A stretch of DNA of 64,000 nt from positions 17,484,001 to 17,548,000 of the forward strand of contig NC_043006.1 of the NCBI RefSeq assembly GCF_006345805.1, read 5' to 3'. The stretch comes from Octopus sinensis (taxonomy: Eukaryota). Below the pieces are notes generated by a model, which saw only the letters and a list, made by a program, of their open reading frames with translations, was not told the origin of the DNA and searched no databases. The position numbers were made by a program, and so were the translations under genes. Of this stretch, positions 37,608 to 51,366 are shown piece by piece; the stretch's first letter is position 1, and each line of letters begins with the position of its first letter.

Positions 37608-38703
37608 ATCAGCTCACTATCTTAACAACAATAAGAAGAATGCTAATTTTTGCACACAGCTACATCCGCCCTTGTACTTAACTGGTACTTTATTTTACTG
37701 ACTGCAAATGAATGAAAGTGGAGGCGCAATGGCCCAGTGGTTAGGACAGCGGACTTACGGTCGAAGGATCATGGTTTCGATTCTCAGACCAGGCGCTGTG
37801 TGTGTTTATTGAGCGAAAGCACCTAAAGCTCTGGTAGGGGGGGGGGTGGAAGCAGCCCCTGTTGTACTCTTTTGCCCCAACTTTCCCAAACTCTCTCTTC
37901 CTGTTTCTTGAGTAACGTTGTGATGGACTGGCACCCCATCCAGCTAGGGGGAACACATACGCTACAGAAACCGGGCCCATGAGCCTGGCTAGGCTTGAAA
38001 AGGGTGCATAAATAAATAATAAAAAATGAATGAAAGCAAAGTCCGCATTGCCAGTATTTGAAATTAGAACATAAAGAGCTGGAAGAAATGCTGTGGAGCA
38101 CTTTTTCCCAATGTTCAAATGATTCTTGCCAAGCTGCCACTCCAGGAATGATAAATGTTTCAAATTTTGGTACAAGGAAGGCTACAGTGAAATTGATGTT
38201 AAGATTCCATTTAAACAGTTGCACTCCTTGAGATATGTTTAATGTTCCTTGCAGTGTTAGTAACTCTTCTGTATTTAAACTCCTAAATATCCCCTCTGAA
38301 ACTGAAGTTTACACACAAAAAGTTAGTTCATAGATTGTAAAGTTGTATAATTGCCAACATTCCTTGAAATTTAAGGGGTATACTTGGCCCTTAGATTATA
38401 AGATTATAGTATACACGTAAGATATTCCCTAGGTATTTTAGGGCAAAACTTAAAAGTGCAAAATAAATGTTAGGCCTCGAAGGGTTAAATGCTGTCAGTT
38501 GCAAGTGGCAGTAAATTTTCTATTATGTTAAGATTATAAATGCCCTCTTGAGAAAACTGGTATTTATTGCTGAAGAATGTGTACACGCGCCTGTAATTAT
38601 ATAACGGTATCTGAAAAAAAAACTTATATAAATTTCGTGCTAATTTTTTTTCTTTAATTTCGTAACACTAAGTGGCTTAGACACGAAACTACTCTTGTAT
38701 AAG

Positions 38704-38844
38704 ATGGCAGCTTATGTCAAGTATTATCCTCGGAACGTAATAATTTATGGGTACATTTTGTCCCACTTATTACAAGTAATCAATGATCACCTTTTTCATT
38801 TTCTCTTCGTCGTTACAACCACTGTTATGGCTTTATTTTCTACG
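38704..38844 (+). CDS. Candidate first coding exon of an unidentified gene (MAAYVKYYPRNVIIYGYILSHLLQVINDHLFHFLFVVTTTVMALFST)
   Basis: ATG inside an AAGATGGC motif, 47 open codons, strong phase-0 donor ACG|GTAAGA, located at the edge of the CpG domain. No homology recognised. Confidence 0.35.
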
Positions 38845-41139
38845 GTAAGATGTAAATCAAATAGGTATTGATATTTTTTATACATTATCTTGTTATTACT
38901 CGTTTATTATCGTAATATATATGATGACCCTCACCAACCCTTGTATTACTCAATTTATTTGTTACACTCACAGATCTACTTAAAGCGAAGTCTTACGCAA
39001 CCCTCCCCAAATATCTTCTATCTGATATTTAATCACGCTGGTTGTTTGATTATTTCGCTTTGATCTCAACCGATCTATGTTCTCTCCCCTGCCATTAAAA
39101 GAACCTTGGTAGGGTCCCACCGGTGAAACGATGTTAAAAACCCAACGGATTTGAAGATTTATCTTCTAATTAAATGGCCCGAATCTGTTTTTGACTATGT
39201 TATCGGCAATCAACGAAATATGTAAATATGACTTTTTATTTTCATTATTTTCCAAACTTCATCTGGGTTCTAAATATCGTTTCATGTATATTTTGGGGAG
39301 CGCTTTTTGACTCCCCTTCTTCCTAATACTGAAACATAATTTTGAAGGCAAATATCTCCTTTCTATTTACCATTCATCGTGGTAATTTTTCTTCCGTTAT
39401 CATTTGATGTACTTGGGTAGTTCATTTCCTCTTATAAATTTGTGATCTTGTGCTGTCTGAAATCTTTGTTACGAACGAATTCACTCGTTACTTCTTGACC
39501 TTACTTTTAATATAACCATTCTTCTAAGCGCTTTTCTCGATTTATTTTTCTGGAAATCCCATGATACTGAACAACCATATATAGTTGTAGTACTTCGTCT
39601 TGTTATTTTTTTAACATTGAAATAATGTATAGTGTTTTTGTGTTTTTTTTAAATTTAGCGATAGCTCTCTCCTTAGACCGCGCGACTGAGCGAATAAAGG
39701 AAATCAAAGCTCTGGTAAATAAAAAGAAAAAGATCTGTTAAGAACAAAGATTTCATATTTTAGCGCAATATCACAAAGTTACAGGAGGTAATAAACTCCC
39801 CAAGGAATTAATAGAATGTTAACAGAAAGCAATAAAGAAGATATAATTAATTTTCTATAGAATTCTTTCACTTTTCAAGGAATACTGGAAACGGAAAAGT
39901 GCGGATTTATGTAGAGGAAGGAGGCAATGAGTTTGATTTACTGCATTTTTTGACTTTGAGAAAAAGTTTTTCACAAATGATTACCACCTTTCAAAAACTA
40001 TATCAGCTAAGCAAATGACTTTCTCTAAATGAATTTAAAATACTACAACGTAATCTGAACACTATTTCAGGAAATATCTCGGTTCTTTTTGAGCAGATAG
40101 AAGACATATTTAGCTGGGGCAAATAAATTTACTTCTTCGATTCTCCAGAATTACATTTGAGAAAAGACTCATGCACGTTAGTATCCATCCTTAGTCATCA
40201 GAAAGTTCAGAAATTCAAATTGGTGGATGATGGAAAAATGGCACTTGATTTGAAATTAACGAAACTCGACTAAATCCAAAACTTCAGCATAAAATATACC
40301 CTATGGCTTCTTTACGATCTGCTGGAGTGGCTCTTTTCCTGATACATTTTGGCATCGTATAGTTAAAGAGAAAAAGTTATTGAAATTAGTCATTACTCAT
40401 TTTATCCCTGTTCAGACATTTTTTTTTTTGAGATTTGAAAATTATCAAATTGGACATTAGTGTAGGGGGAAAATAACTTGGAATCCGACAGAGAAGAGAA
40501 TTTTGATTGTTAAACACCGAAAATTATCCAGATATTTTATTAACAACCCCAATTACAAACGGGTCAAAGTTGAGTAAAAATATGCTAAAAAAATGTGTCA
40601 CTGGACTGTTTCAAACTCAACCTCAACAGCAACTGTACTGACCAATTTTTTTACTCCTAAAGACGATGTAACACTACAAAACGATGACGCAATACTTGCT
40701 ATGTAACGATTTCAAACAAATAGGGGGAAAAGAGAAATCGGAGATTACTCATTTTGCCTACCGACTATATATTTCAGCATTATAATTTCTGTTGAACGAA
40801 ACATAGAAATGGTAAATATAGAAATAGAATAAATAAATATAGAACGTTAGCCACTACACACATTTTTTTCTCTCCTTATTTTTTTCTGTGTCCCTTTCTG
40901 TAGAAGAGCGTAGGCTCGAAACGTAAAATAATTTTTCTAGTCCTAAGCGTTATACTAATACATTTGTTTGTTTTGTACACCACCTGTCTTCGTCTTTTGT
41001 TTTTTTTCGTAAACTCTCCATATATATATATATATCCTTTCCCCATGAGGTATTAAAGATCTTGATCCAAAATTCCAGAACAAAGGTACTGCGTCACATT
41101 GCTTTTTTTTTCCTATAATTTCGTTAGTGTACTTATTCT

Positions 41140-41334
41140 TTTATTTGTTTCAGTCATTTTGACTGTGGTCATGCTGGAGCACCGCCTTAAAGGGTTTTTT
41201 TAGTTGAAGAACTCGATCCCAGGACTCATTCTTTATAAGCCTTGTACTTATTGTATTGTTCTCTTGTGCCGAGCCACTAAGTTATGGGGGCGTAAACACC
41301 AACATTGGTTGTCAAGCGATGGTGGTGGTGGTGG

Positions 41335-41399
<65 letters not shown>

Positions 41400-41400
41400 T
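41140..41400 (-). mobile_element. SINE family A 3' half ending in a long (TA)n
   Basis: Tail motif tttcagtcatttgactg; internal microsatellite 41338-41400. Confidence 0.8.
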
Positions 41401-43279
41401 ATAAATACAAAATGGGACAAGCACGCGAAACATCAGGACAGCTAGTTGATACAAAAAGGGAAAACAAAACATTCAGATAGGCGATACAAAGAAAACAAGG
41501 GCGGGTCATTCGAAGCCCTCTATCTTCAGTCAAGCACCAGATTATCCTCGCAACTTAGGCTGATTATTCTTGAGATTGCTCCAATCTGGCCAGCCCCAAG
41601 GAAAAACCAAGCTAAGAGCATTAGATTCCTTGGAAGAAAGCAGCGAATGTATACAAAAACAAGGACGACAAAAAAAAACGGACAAAGTTACACATATAAA
41701 TACAATAAAAATAATTACAGGACATAACAACAGGTGTCTTTCGACTAAGGACGTGTATATATACACGGCGGGTATCTTTCAGTTTCTGTCTACCAAATCC
41801 ACTCAGAAGGCTTTGCCTAAGGTGTCACAGAGTGGGACTGAACCCAGAACCATGTGGTTGGGAAGCAAGCTTCCTGAAATAACTTTCTTTTCTCTTGTTC
41901 TTCCTCCTGTATTTGTCCATTTTTTTCTTCTGATCGCTTGTCTTTTTTCCTACTCGTTTCCTTTCTCTTATTATTCATGCGATGGTCAAAGTTGACTGCC
42001 CTTGACCTGAGGTGAAAGTGGGTTTGACTAGGGCTGGTTTGAAGTTGAACAACGATTAAAAAAAACTTTAAAATTTCTGTTGAGGGGAAAAAGAGTCGTA
42101 AAAAATAACAGGTTTTATCCACTCGCATCGTTCCGTTAATCTTAATGTCTTTGCTTCAAGTTTTATTTCATTCTATCTCTTTTCAGTTATTCACTTTAGT
42201 TCCAGTCACTCACCATTATTCTCGCTGACTCGCACACGTCATTCGTTAGTCGGTGAGCTAGCAGAATCGTTAGCGAGTCGAACAAAAATACTTAGTAGTA
42301 TTTCTCTCGGCTCTTTACGTTCTGAGTTAAAATCCCTCCAAAGTAAGAATAACCTTTCATGCTTTCGGGGTCGATGAAATAAGTACCAGTTGAACTCTGG
42401 TAAACTCTTCTCTTTAAAAATTGCTGGCCTTGTACCCAAATTTGAAATCATTAATCCTGCTCTTCCTATCTATCTTTCACTTTGTTTTTCTTTTTTCTCA
42501 CTCAAAATCTGTTTTCACCTATTCTCTTATCAAGGGTTTCATTCTTTCCGACCCCCCCCCCCCCGGCATACCTACACAAGTTTGGCTCTCTCCTGCCGAT
42601 TTTGCTTCCGCATAACTTGCAGAAAAATCGATATTTTTTTTAATGAAATCTTTTACAAATACGCATCGGAGGGTGTAGATTACGATTATTTCGGAATTTA
42701 CGGTGAAAACATTTTTTCGATTTTCAGAAAAACTCACCCGAGTCGGCTTTGATTCCTTATATCTTCCAGGGGGGAAAATGGTTATTTTTTAATGGGGATT
42801 TTCTAGAACTTCGAGATAACTATTACTTTAAAGCTTTAACCATATTCTTTCCTCTTTTCCCTTACTCGCTCTATCTCGTTCCCTATCTATCCCTCCTATC
42901 CCTTCCTATGTTTATCTCTCTGCTCTCATGATTGCCTGTCTCACAAGCTGGTTACTATCACCATGGCATTCTCATCTACCACGCCATATAATAATTTCTT
43001 TTTCTTGCCCTTCCCGCTTCCAACACTGCTACAGTTTGCTCTTTCCAGCTGGGCAGAGAAAGAAAATGATACCTGATTTCGCGTTTTTATATTAAGATTT
43101 TAAAGCAGTGCTTCTCAAAGTAAGGAGTATTTTCCCATTCCCGTCTAGAGGGTTTCGTGGGAAATTTCATATGGATATTGAGGACAAAGGAAGTAAGGCA
43201 ATGAATGCATTTTTTAATTGCCTTAGTTTTAAAAATATTATATCTTGTGTATGAATCATCTAGTAAAGTTGATTACAAA

Positions 43280-43479
43280 TTTTGGTAGATCAGCAATTTC
43301 CGGGAGGGGAATAAGTCGATTGCATCGATCACAGTGTTCAACTGCTACATATTTTATTGACCCCGAAAGGATGAAAGGAAAAGTTGACTTTGGATGAATT
43401 TGAACATGGAACGTAAAGACGGACGAAATATCGCTAAGCATTTCGCCCACCGTGCAAACAATTCTGCGAGTTCGCCGCC
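43280..43479 (-). mobile_element. SINE family B monomer, inverted
   Basis: Reverse complement of the family B head and core; 35 bp from the next copy. Confidence 0.8.
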
Positions 43480-43497
43480 ACCTTATCATCTGATAAA

Positions 43498-43937
43498 ATT
43501 AGTGGCTGAAGGAAGGCGGCGGGCTGGCAGAACCGTTAGCACGCTGGGCGAAATGCGTAGCTGTATTTCGTCTGCCGTTACGTTCTGAGTTCAAATTCCG
43601 CCGAGGTCGACTTTGCCTTTCATCCTTTCGGGATCGATTAAATAAGTACCAGTTACGCACTGGGGTCGATGTAATCGACATAATCCGTTTGTCTGTCCTC
43701 TCTGTGTTTAGCCCCTTGTGGGTAGTAAAAAAATATGTATTTCGTCTGTCGTTACGTTCTGAGTTCAAATTCCGCCGAGGTAGACTTTGCCTTTCATCCT
43801 TTCAGGGTCGATAAATAAAGTACCAGTTTCGCGCTGGGTCGATGTAATCGACTTAATCCCTTTGTCTGTCCTTGTTTGTCCCCTCTGTGTTTAGCCCCTT
43901 GTGGATAGTAAAGAAATAAATATTAGTGGCTGAAGGA
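43498..43937 (+). mobile_element. SINE family B dimer with 16-bp TSD
   Basis: TSD attagtggctgaagga at 43498-43513 and 43922-43937 encloses both units. Confidence 0.92.
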
Positions 43938-44067
43938 CTGCGAGCATATCGGACTGTGTACTTGGCCGCATTACTTACAGCTTTAAGTCCCGAGTTCAAA
44001 TGCCGCCGAGGTCGGATTTGTCTTTCAACCTTTCGAGGTCGATAAAATAAGTATCGGTTGAGCACTG

Positions 44068-44143
44068 GGTTAGGGTTGAAGTTTAAAAGTATTTAGTTAA
44101 CTAGAAATTGTGTTGAAAACTGCCGTTCAAAAGGAAAAGATCC
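44068..44143. mobile_element. Internally deleted copy of the GG..CC MITE inserted in a SINE B
   Basis: Ends in aactgccgttcaaaaggaaaagatcc like 55028-55055; 8-bp TSD gagcactg at 44060-44067 and 44144-44151. Confidence 0.75.
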
Positions 44144-46520
44144 GAGCACTGGAGTTGATGTAATCGACTTGCCTTCTTCCTCAAAATTTCAGGTCTTAGG
44201 CCTGTTGTAGGAAGAATATTGTTAGTTGAAATGTTGCTTTGACATTTCGTATTAAAAGACTAGCCGAAGGTAAAGACTACATGATCCATGTGCATGTAGT
44301 ATTTTAATGGAAACCATCTTCCTATGGGCAGTGATTTTTTTTTTCTCATTGTGTATTTAATTTTATTGAATCGTAGTAAGTGGGCGTTGAAAGCGTGCTA
44401 GAAAATAACGGTGGGTGATAGTTTAAAAATATTTTGAGAACTGTTTTAAGGTGACAACAGACTATAGCGCTTACTACATCACCTAAAGTCTCCTATAATA
44501 AAGACATAAATAAATAAGGTAGCGAAATAACTTTTAGACATAAGAAATATCGAAACAGATTACGGAAACAATTTTAAAACCTTGTCGCCAGACTTTGGTT
44601 CCTGGGGGTGCTTCAGAATATTCTAGGTGGGCAGTAATTTGTAATAAGGCTAAAGTGTAGTTTCGAAATAAGTGTGTCACTGTAAATCTGAGGGTTCACC
44701 ATTGAATAGTGAAGGGACAATGCCGCCGAGTGCACCCCCTTAGCGAGGGGTATGCTTGTTTTAAAGGCAAAAATGGAGCAAACTGTAACCTTATTTGAGG
44801 GCTATTTGTCGAGTTTCCGTGAGCTGATAGACAGTGTTATTTTTGGCATTCGTTCCTCTCCACCCACTTTTTTTTCTTTTTCTTTTATAAATTTCATCTG
44901 ATTTGGAATTAAAAAAAATTAAAAATAGTGGAGGAGGTTGGATAAATGTCGTGATCTTTAAGCATTTGTTACCTGAAAATTGTTTCTTTTTGTTTGTGTT
45001 GTTCTTGTTCAACTCTGAGAAGAGCAGATATATCATGCCATACAGATGATGTATGTATCTAATGTAGGGTATGTTTCTGGGGCAGTTTCGCTGCTATTTT
45101 TAGTACATCGAATGCCCACATAAAGACTTCTTCGCTAGCATAATAAAAAAAAAAGTGAAAGGGAAATATAAAAACTGGAATAGTCTAGGTGAAACGGAGA
45201 AACTTTTTAAGCCGAGTACGACTTTTGGACCAGCGCCATTTATTGATCAAGTTAACAGAACCAATCTTTAATTTTTAATCTGATCATCATCATTAAGAAT
45301 GGAAACAATATCAACGACGAGTTTCCAGTCTCGATTCTTAGAGGTACAATCATTTGTTGCTTTTATTTCCATTTAATCGAAAGAATTTGTCTTTATTTTC
45401 GAACGATCCTATTTACTGTTGCATAACAAAATAACTTTCATTTTATGAAATGTATTTTGATGAGATTTTTTTCCAATTTTACGAAGAGTTTTTAGTTGAC
45501 TTTTATATTGTTGCACCACTGAACCTCAATTTTTTTTTTATTATTTCTTATTGGCAATATAAAGTTACTGTTTCGTTATTTATTGACATTTTTTTCTTTT
45601 TCAAAATTCGTTCTTTTAAACTTTAGAAATTCAAGTACTAATTCAAAAAGATTTTCGCGTGAATCCTTAAATTAAATAATGTTGTAAATAAAGGAATCTT
45701 TTAAAAAATATGTAGTTTAAATAATAGTTTAATCAAGAGTTAGCAATATTCCTGGTAATTAATAAAATGGTTCGGACAAAAAACGCTGGCACCGCCAAAA
45801 GTCAGTCGTATCTCCTCCTGATAAAGTATTTTAAATTTTAATTAATTATTTATTTTAATAATTACTGCAATTTTGCCTGTGTAAAGTTCCCCTGTGCCTC
45901 TTTTACAAGTTTTCATTCGATCACGGCCAGACACTTGTAGGTTTTCTTACACTAAAACTAATTGTGGAAGGGCTGTGCTATGAACCGTAACACGATTTTA
46001 CACTTAGACACAGCCCATCCGGTTATTTTTCTTTTTGATAAATTCCTTTTTACCAGAAAAATGGTGACACTGAATATTTTATACCACCAAAATATAATAT
46101 TAATTCTTATGGAATGTAGTTGTAATTTGTTTCAGTATCGAAGCTATAAAACCCTGTAAGGATTACAAAAGATGTCATGTAATCTTTCTCTACAGTATAT
46201 TTCTACGATCTAAAAAAATTATCCAGTCATTTAACTCTGTTTGATATTGGATCCATTTGGTTTTAGAACCGCAAAATCTAAGGGACAAAGCCCAGAAAGA
46301 ACAATATGGAGAAGTGAATTGGAAAAATCCAAAACCAAATGTTGTGGGAAAGGAAGCGATGGCTAGTTTGACTGATTCCTTTTCACATAGCCAAGTAGGA
46401 AAGTGGTCAGTGGCTGGTGAATGCCATCCTCACCGTCAAAGTTACACATTGAAATCCTAAAAATCTGAAACTGTTCCACCACTCAAATACAGAGACGGTG
46501 TTCACATTACATTGTTAATG

Positions 46521-46789
46521 CAACAGACAATACCTGTTTCTTTATTACCCACAAGGAGCTAAACACAGAGGGGACAAACAAGGACAGACATAGGTATTGA
46601 GTCGATTATATCAACCCCAGTGCATAACTGGTACTTAATTTATCGACCCCGAAAGGATGAAAGGCAAAGTCGACCTCGGCGGAATTTGAACTCATAGCGT
46701 AATGGCAGACGAAATACCGCTAAGCATCTCGCCCGGCGTGCTAACGTTTCTGCCAGCTCGCTGCCTTAAACAACAGACAATACCTGTTT
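46521..46789 (-). mobile_element. SINE family B monomer with 19-bp TSD
   Basis: TSD caacagacaatacctgttt at 46521-46539 and 46771-46789. Confidence 0.92.
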
Positions 46790-49700
46790 GCGTTGTGAGT
46801 TCGAATCAGGCTGAGATCAACTTTCATTTCATCCCTCCGATTGATTGATAAGACAAAGTAGTTGTAAAGCGCCGAGGTCTATGGTATCGACTAACCCCAT
46901 TTCCTTAAAAATTACTAGCTTTGTGCCTCAATTACACTATTATTATATAGGTAGGTGGGTGTGGATTGACAGAATCATTAGAAAGTCATTCCCTCCGACT
47001 ATTTACGTTCTGAGTTCATATTCCTTTCAGGAGCGATAACATATAGTAGGTCGACTTTGCCTTTCATCCTCTCGGGGTCGATAAATAAAGTACCAGTTTC
47101 GCACTGGGGTCGATGTAATCGACTTAATCCCTTTGTCTGTCCCGTCCATGTTTAGCCCCTTGTGGGCTATAAAGAAATATACATTGACAGACCCCCATCC
47201 ACTCACAGCCACTTGTAGGTTTTCTTACACTAAAACTATTTGTGGAAGGGCTGTGCTGTGAACCATAACACGATTTTACACTTGTGCCGAAATTAAAAAT
47301 TGTTATACAGAGTAGTGAATTTGTAAAATTGTTAGGGAGTCTTGCAGTATTTCTTTAGGTTCTGAGTTCAAGTACTGCGGACGGTGGCGTCAACTAATTG
47401 TCTCTCCTCATGGTTGTTGGTCTTGCGCCTAAATTTAAAGCAGTTTAATTTCGATTGTCGTTAGGGCTACTACAAATACAGTCATTTGAAATTATTATCT
47501 ATGCAGCTCGTTGTTACCTTTGGAGTAACATTTGTTTTGTTGGAAAAATATGTACACAGATTATTATGGCTTTTTCTGTTGAGTGTATGTAATATGGTTA
47601 AAGTTCTGACTTTAGTTGATATTGCCATATTATTTAAGGTTGCCTCTTAAACTTTCACCCTGCATTCAATGAATCTAAATTACATATATAAATGATAATA
47701 ATAAGTTCTGAGTTAGCAAATATCGTTGTCTAAGCGAAGGTTTAAAATGCCTTGCTTTATTTAGTCATGTCTCTATACGTACGCTGTGTTGCAATTAGTT
47801 GTAATAAAGTACAAATAAAGTAGTGTGATCGGACTACAGAATTACAGTAAATTTACAATATATAAGCAGATAAAAATCGAGAATAAAACATTTATGGCCA
47901 CGGGTCCGTGACAAAGGTAAAAACTGCTATCAGGTTAAACCCGATCTAGGTCTAAACATTAACATGTGAATAGAAGATTAAGGTATTTTATTAGGGCAGG
48001 TAAATGTAATGTCGTACATGGTTAAGAACATTTATATTATAATTTAAATCAATCTCCAGATGCGTCGGATTTATAAAAAATAATAATGCGGTTCTTAGTG
48101 CTTTAAATGTTATATACTCAGCCTCAGGTTTCCCAAGTCTGCTTATTACTCGAAAGTACATGTGAACGACTGTTTATTTCGAAGTGTGCCATCTTTGAGG
48201 CCGAAATATACGTACCCCACCTGTCAATAGTAATAATAATCAGGTATATAAATTAGCTTAATTTATTCGAAATGGATTATATCCGGCTTACTTTTTATAT
48301 TGTTGATCTGATTTGTTTATTGTTCAGTGGGAAATTCAAATATCGACCTTGGTGGCTGATCATTTGTGTTGGACAATTTTTGTTTTCAATTTTAACTGTG
48401 ACGATGATAATTGATGGGACATCGAATACACATTTTTGAATAGAAAAAAAGGGAATAAAATTTTAAAACATATTCTCGATATAATTTGATCTGCGTATTT
48501 TAATTTTCGGTGTGTTGATTAGCTTTAGACTCAAGCCATCCCTAATCAATGAAGTTGATACTAGCACCAGATTAGCACTAACTGAAAAGACGGGTGTTCA
48601 GCGGTACTCCAGCCATCATGACCCGTTCTTTCCTTTGGTTTCAATTATTCCATTTAGCCAATGTATTCGTCCTTTTGAGGGGAATCCCATTGTTGTTTCT
48701 AGCAGGTCTAGCGATCACCTAGAAGCTGTTTCGTGGCCTCGCAAATTCAAGGTCAGTGAAGTGGCAGAAACAATAAAGAAAACCAAGGCTGTTTATTGTT
48801 CTCGTTATTCTGAATTCAAATTAATTTCAGGGTTGATAAATTTGTATCAGATGTTCACTTTGATCGATTCAACCGACCATTTCCTTTCATCGAGTACTTA
48901 GGGCCTTCGTCCCTACTTAAAAGAAACTAAAGTATTTGGAATCGAGACAGCGACCTTGTTTTAATTAGTAGCATGTTTTTTCTTCTTTACACTACTAATC
49001 CCCACAGAATTACGTATGGACATCATAACATCCTATTTTTTTTTTTTGTCATCTGTTTGCTTAAATTTGTGTCTTGTCTAATCAAAAATAAGCTTATTAG
49101 CTGGTGTTAAGATCATCAGTTACATGCAGTCTTAAAAAAAAAAGGGGGAGAAAAAAAATCTTTCGCACCTGCCAAACAAATATCTTTTTATTGGTCTCCA
49201 GCGCAATACATTTGCGATTTTTATGCTTAAATAATAAACTTTTTATTTTCCTTGCAACCAATAATGGTTTTAGATTCTTGGTAGGTCAGCAATTTTAGAG
49301 AAGGGAGTAAGCTGATCACATCAACTTTTTTTTATTTTATCGACTCCGAAAAGGTGAAAGGCAAAGTCGACTTAGGCGGAATTTGAACTAAGAACGTAAA
49401 GAGCCAGAATACCGCTAAGCTTTTTACTCGGTGCTGTAACGATTCTACCAGCTCGGTGCACTAGCATTTCTGCAACTAATAATAATCCTTTCTATTATCG
49501 GGACAAAATCTGAAATATTGGTGGGTTGGGGGTGAGTCGATTACATCAACTCGAGTGTTCAACTGGTACTTATTTCATCGACCCCGGAAGGGATGAAAGG
49601 CACAAGTAGACTTTGACAACATTTGAATTCAGAATGTAAAGAACCAGAATTTGTCCTTTACGAGAGTCATTCATCTCCATACATTAAAAATATACCGAAC

Positions 49701-51366
49701 AACAACAATAATAATAATAATATTATTATTATTATTGTAACTGTCATTATTTCTCCACGAGGCTGTGTTTACGAAGCACCTTTTTTTTCCTTCCGGAAAT
49801 ACATGTGGCTATGAGCTAAGTCACTTCAACTGGGAATTGAAACTGATTACTACTACTACTTGTATTGTTATCACGACTACTACTGCTGCTACTACTACTA
49901 GTAGTTGTTGTAGTCGTCATTGTAATTTCAATACAACACCAACCACAATCAACCCAGGTGCCCTCGAGGCTGAGAAGAACACATGTGTGCTGATAAAATA
50001 TGATGCAAATCTCCGTATGTTGATGTCGACGTTTCGTTGATTTAATTTCATGTCTTCTAAAATTGAATTACTTTTTAAGCCCATCGTATTATTATTATTA
50101 TTACTACATTTTTATCAAACTTTGTATCTCTATTTCAATTTTAACTATTATGAAAGCTTTTGTAACTTCCTTCTAAAATTTATTTACCTTTGGCATTAAC
50201 ATCTTCACTTGATCTTTTTCTTTATGTGCCCAGGGTATATTTTACGTTAGCAATCGCAGCAGCACGCTTTTTCTTTTCTGTAGTGATGTCATTTATGGAA
50301 CTGAGGCAAAATATTCATTATATATATATATATATAATGAATATATATACATATATAAAATTTATCTCAAGTGGACAACTCCTCCAAAGTTCAGCTGATA
50401 TTGGTGTTTACTAGATAAATTCAATGGCCCTATTGAAGAATTATATAACTGGTTCTACTTCAAAAAGTATAAAAAAAAAAAATCTCTATTTCACTTTTAT
50501 GAAGCATTTTTCAATATCACTTCTCATAATATAGTTACATACATACATAAATCGATTTTTCGCGTATTTTGAAAATATATTTCTCCTCTTCGTGAATTTA
50601 TATTATTTTGAATAATTTCAAGAAAGAGAAAAAGAAAAGTTTCATAAATTTATCAATGTTGACTTTTCTTTTACCCATTAGTTTTTTTGTTTTTTTTATA
50701 TTTCTAATTCATTTTTTTCTTCTTCTTTCTTTTGTATTGTGTATTCTAATGTTAACAAGAATATAATTTCTGCTTTCTTATTTGAAATGCTCCGTTGCTT
50801 AATGCAATAAACCTTTCCCTATCCTTCATTGCTTATTATTTAGTTTCAAAACTTGTCTATTCAGGCAACGTTTGGCTAAGAAAGAAAAAAAAAAGAAAGA
50901 AAAAACGGGAAAAACTGCGTTGTATTGGAACTTTCTGTAGATTTGGTTCACTAATTGGTATTCAGAATCAAAGATCATTTCTTCACCAAAACTGTTGGAT
51001 AGAATAATTTAGATATTCGAACAACCCCCGTCTGGCTTGCTAAGACTGTATTGAATAATGAATATATTTCTAACGATTAATAATTTCTATAGCGATCAAC
51101 AAACAAAAGGGTCTTGTGCGAGCCTAGCACTTGTATGTTAAACAGTTATAAGTTTTGATCTTGTGAATGAATATAGCCTGCATTAAATACCCCCCACAAG
51201 TGGCTGTTCGGGGACGTTGTAAAGGAGTTACACACACGCACGCACGCAATACATAAAGTGAAGGGTCTTAATTTTTCTTCTTCTTTTGATGCCACAGTGT
51301 ATAATTCCGCCTCGAGCAAGTTTTCTCTCCCCCAGCTATTCATTATATTAATTGATCATGCTGTCC

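Noticed and set aside
45767-45841. MVRTKNAGTAKSQ..., resembling a histone H3/CENP-A N-terminus
   Set aside because: Only 24 codons to a stop, similarity limited to 4-5 residues, no histone fold found nearby.
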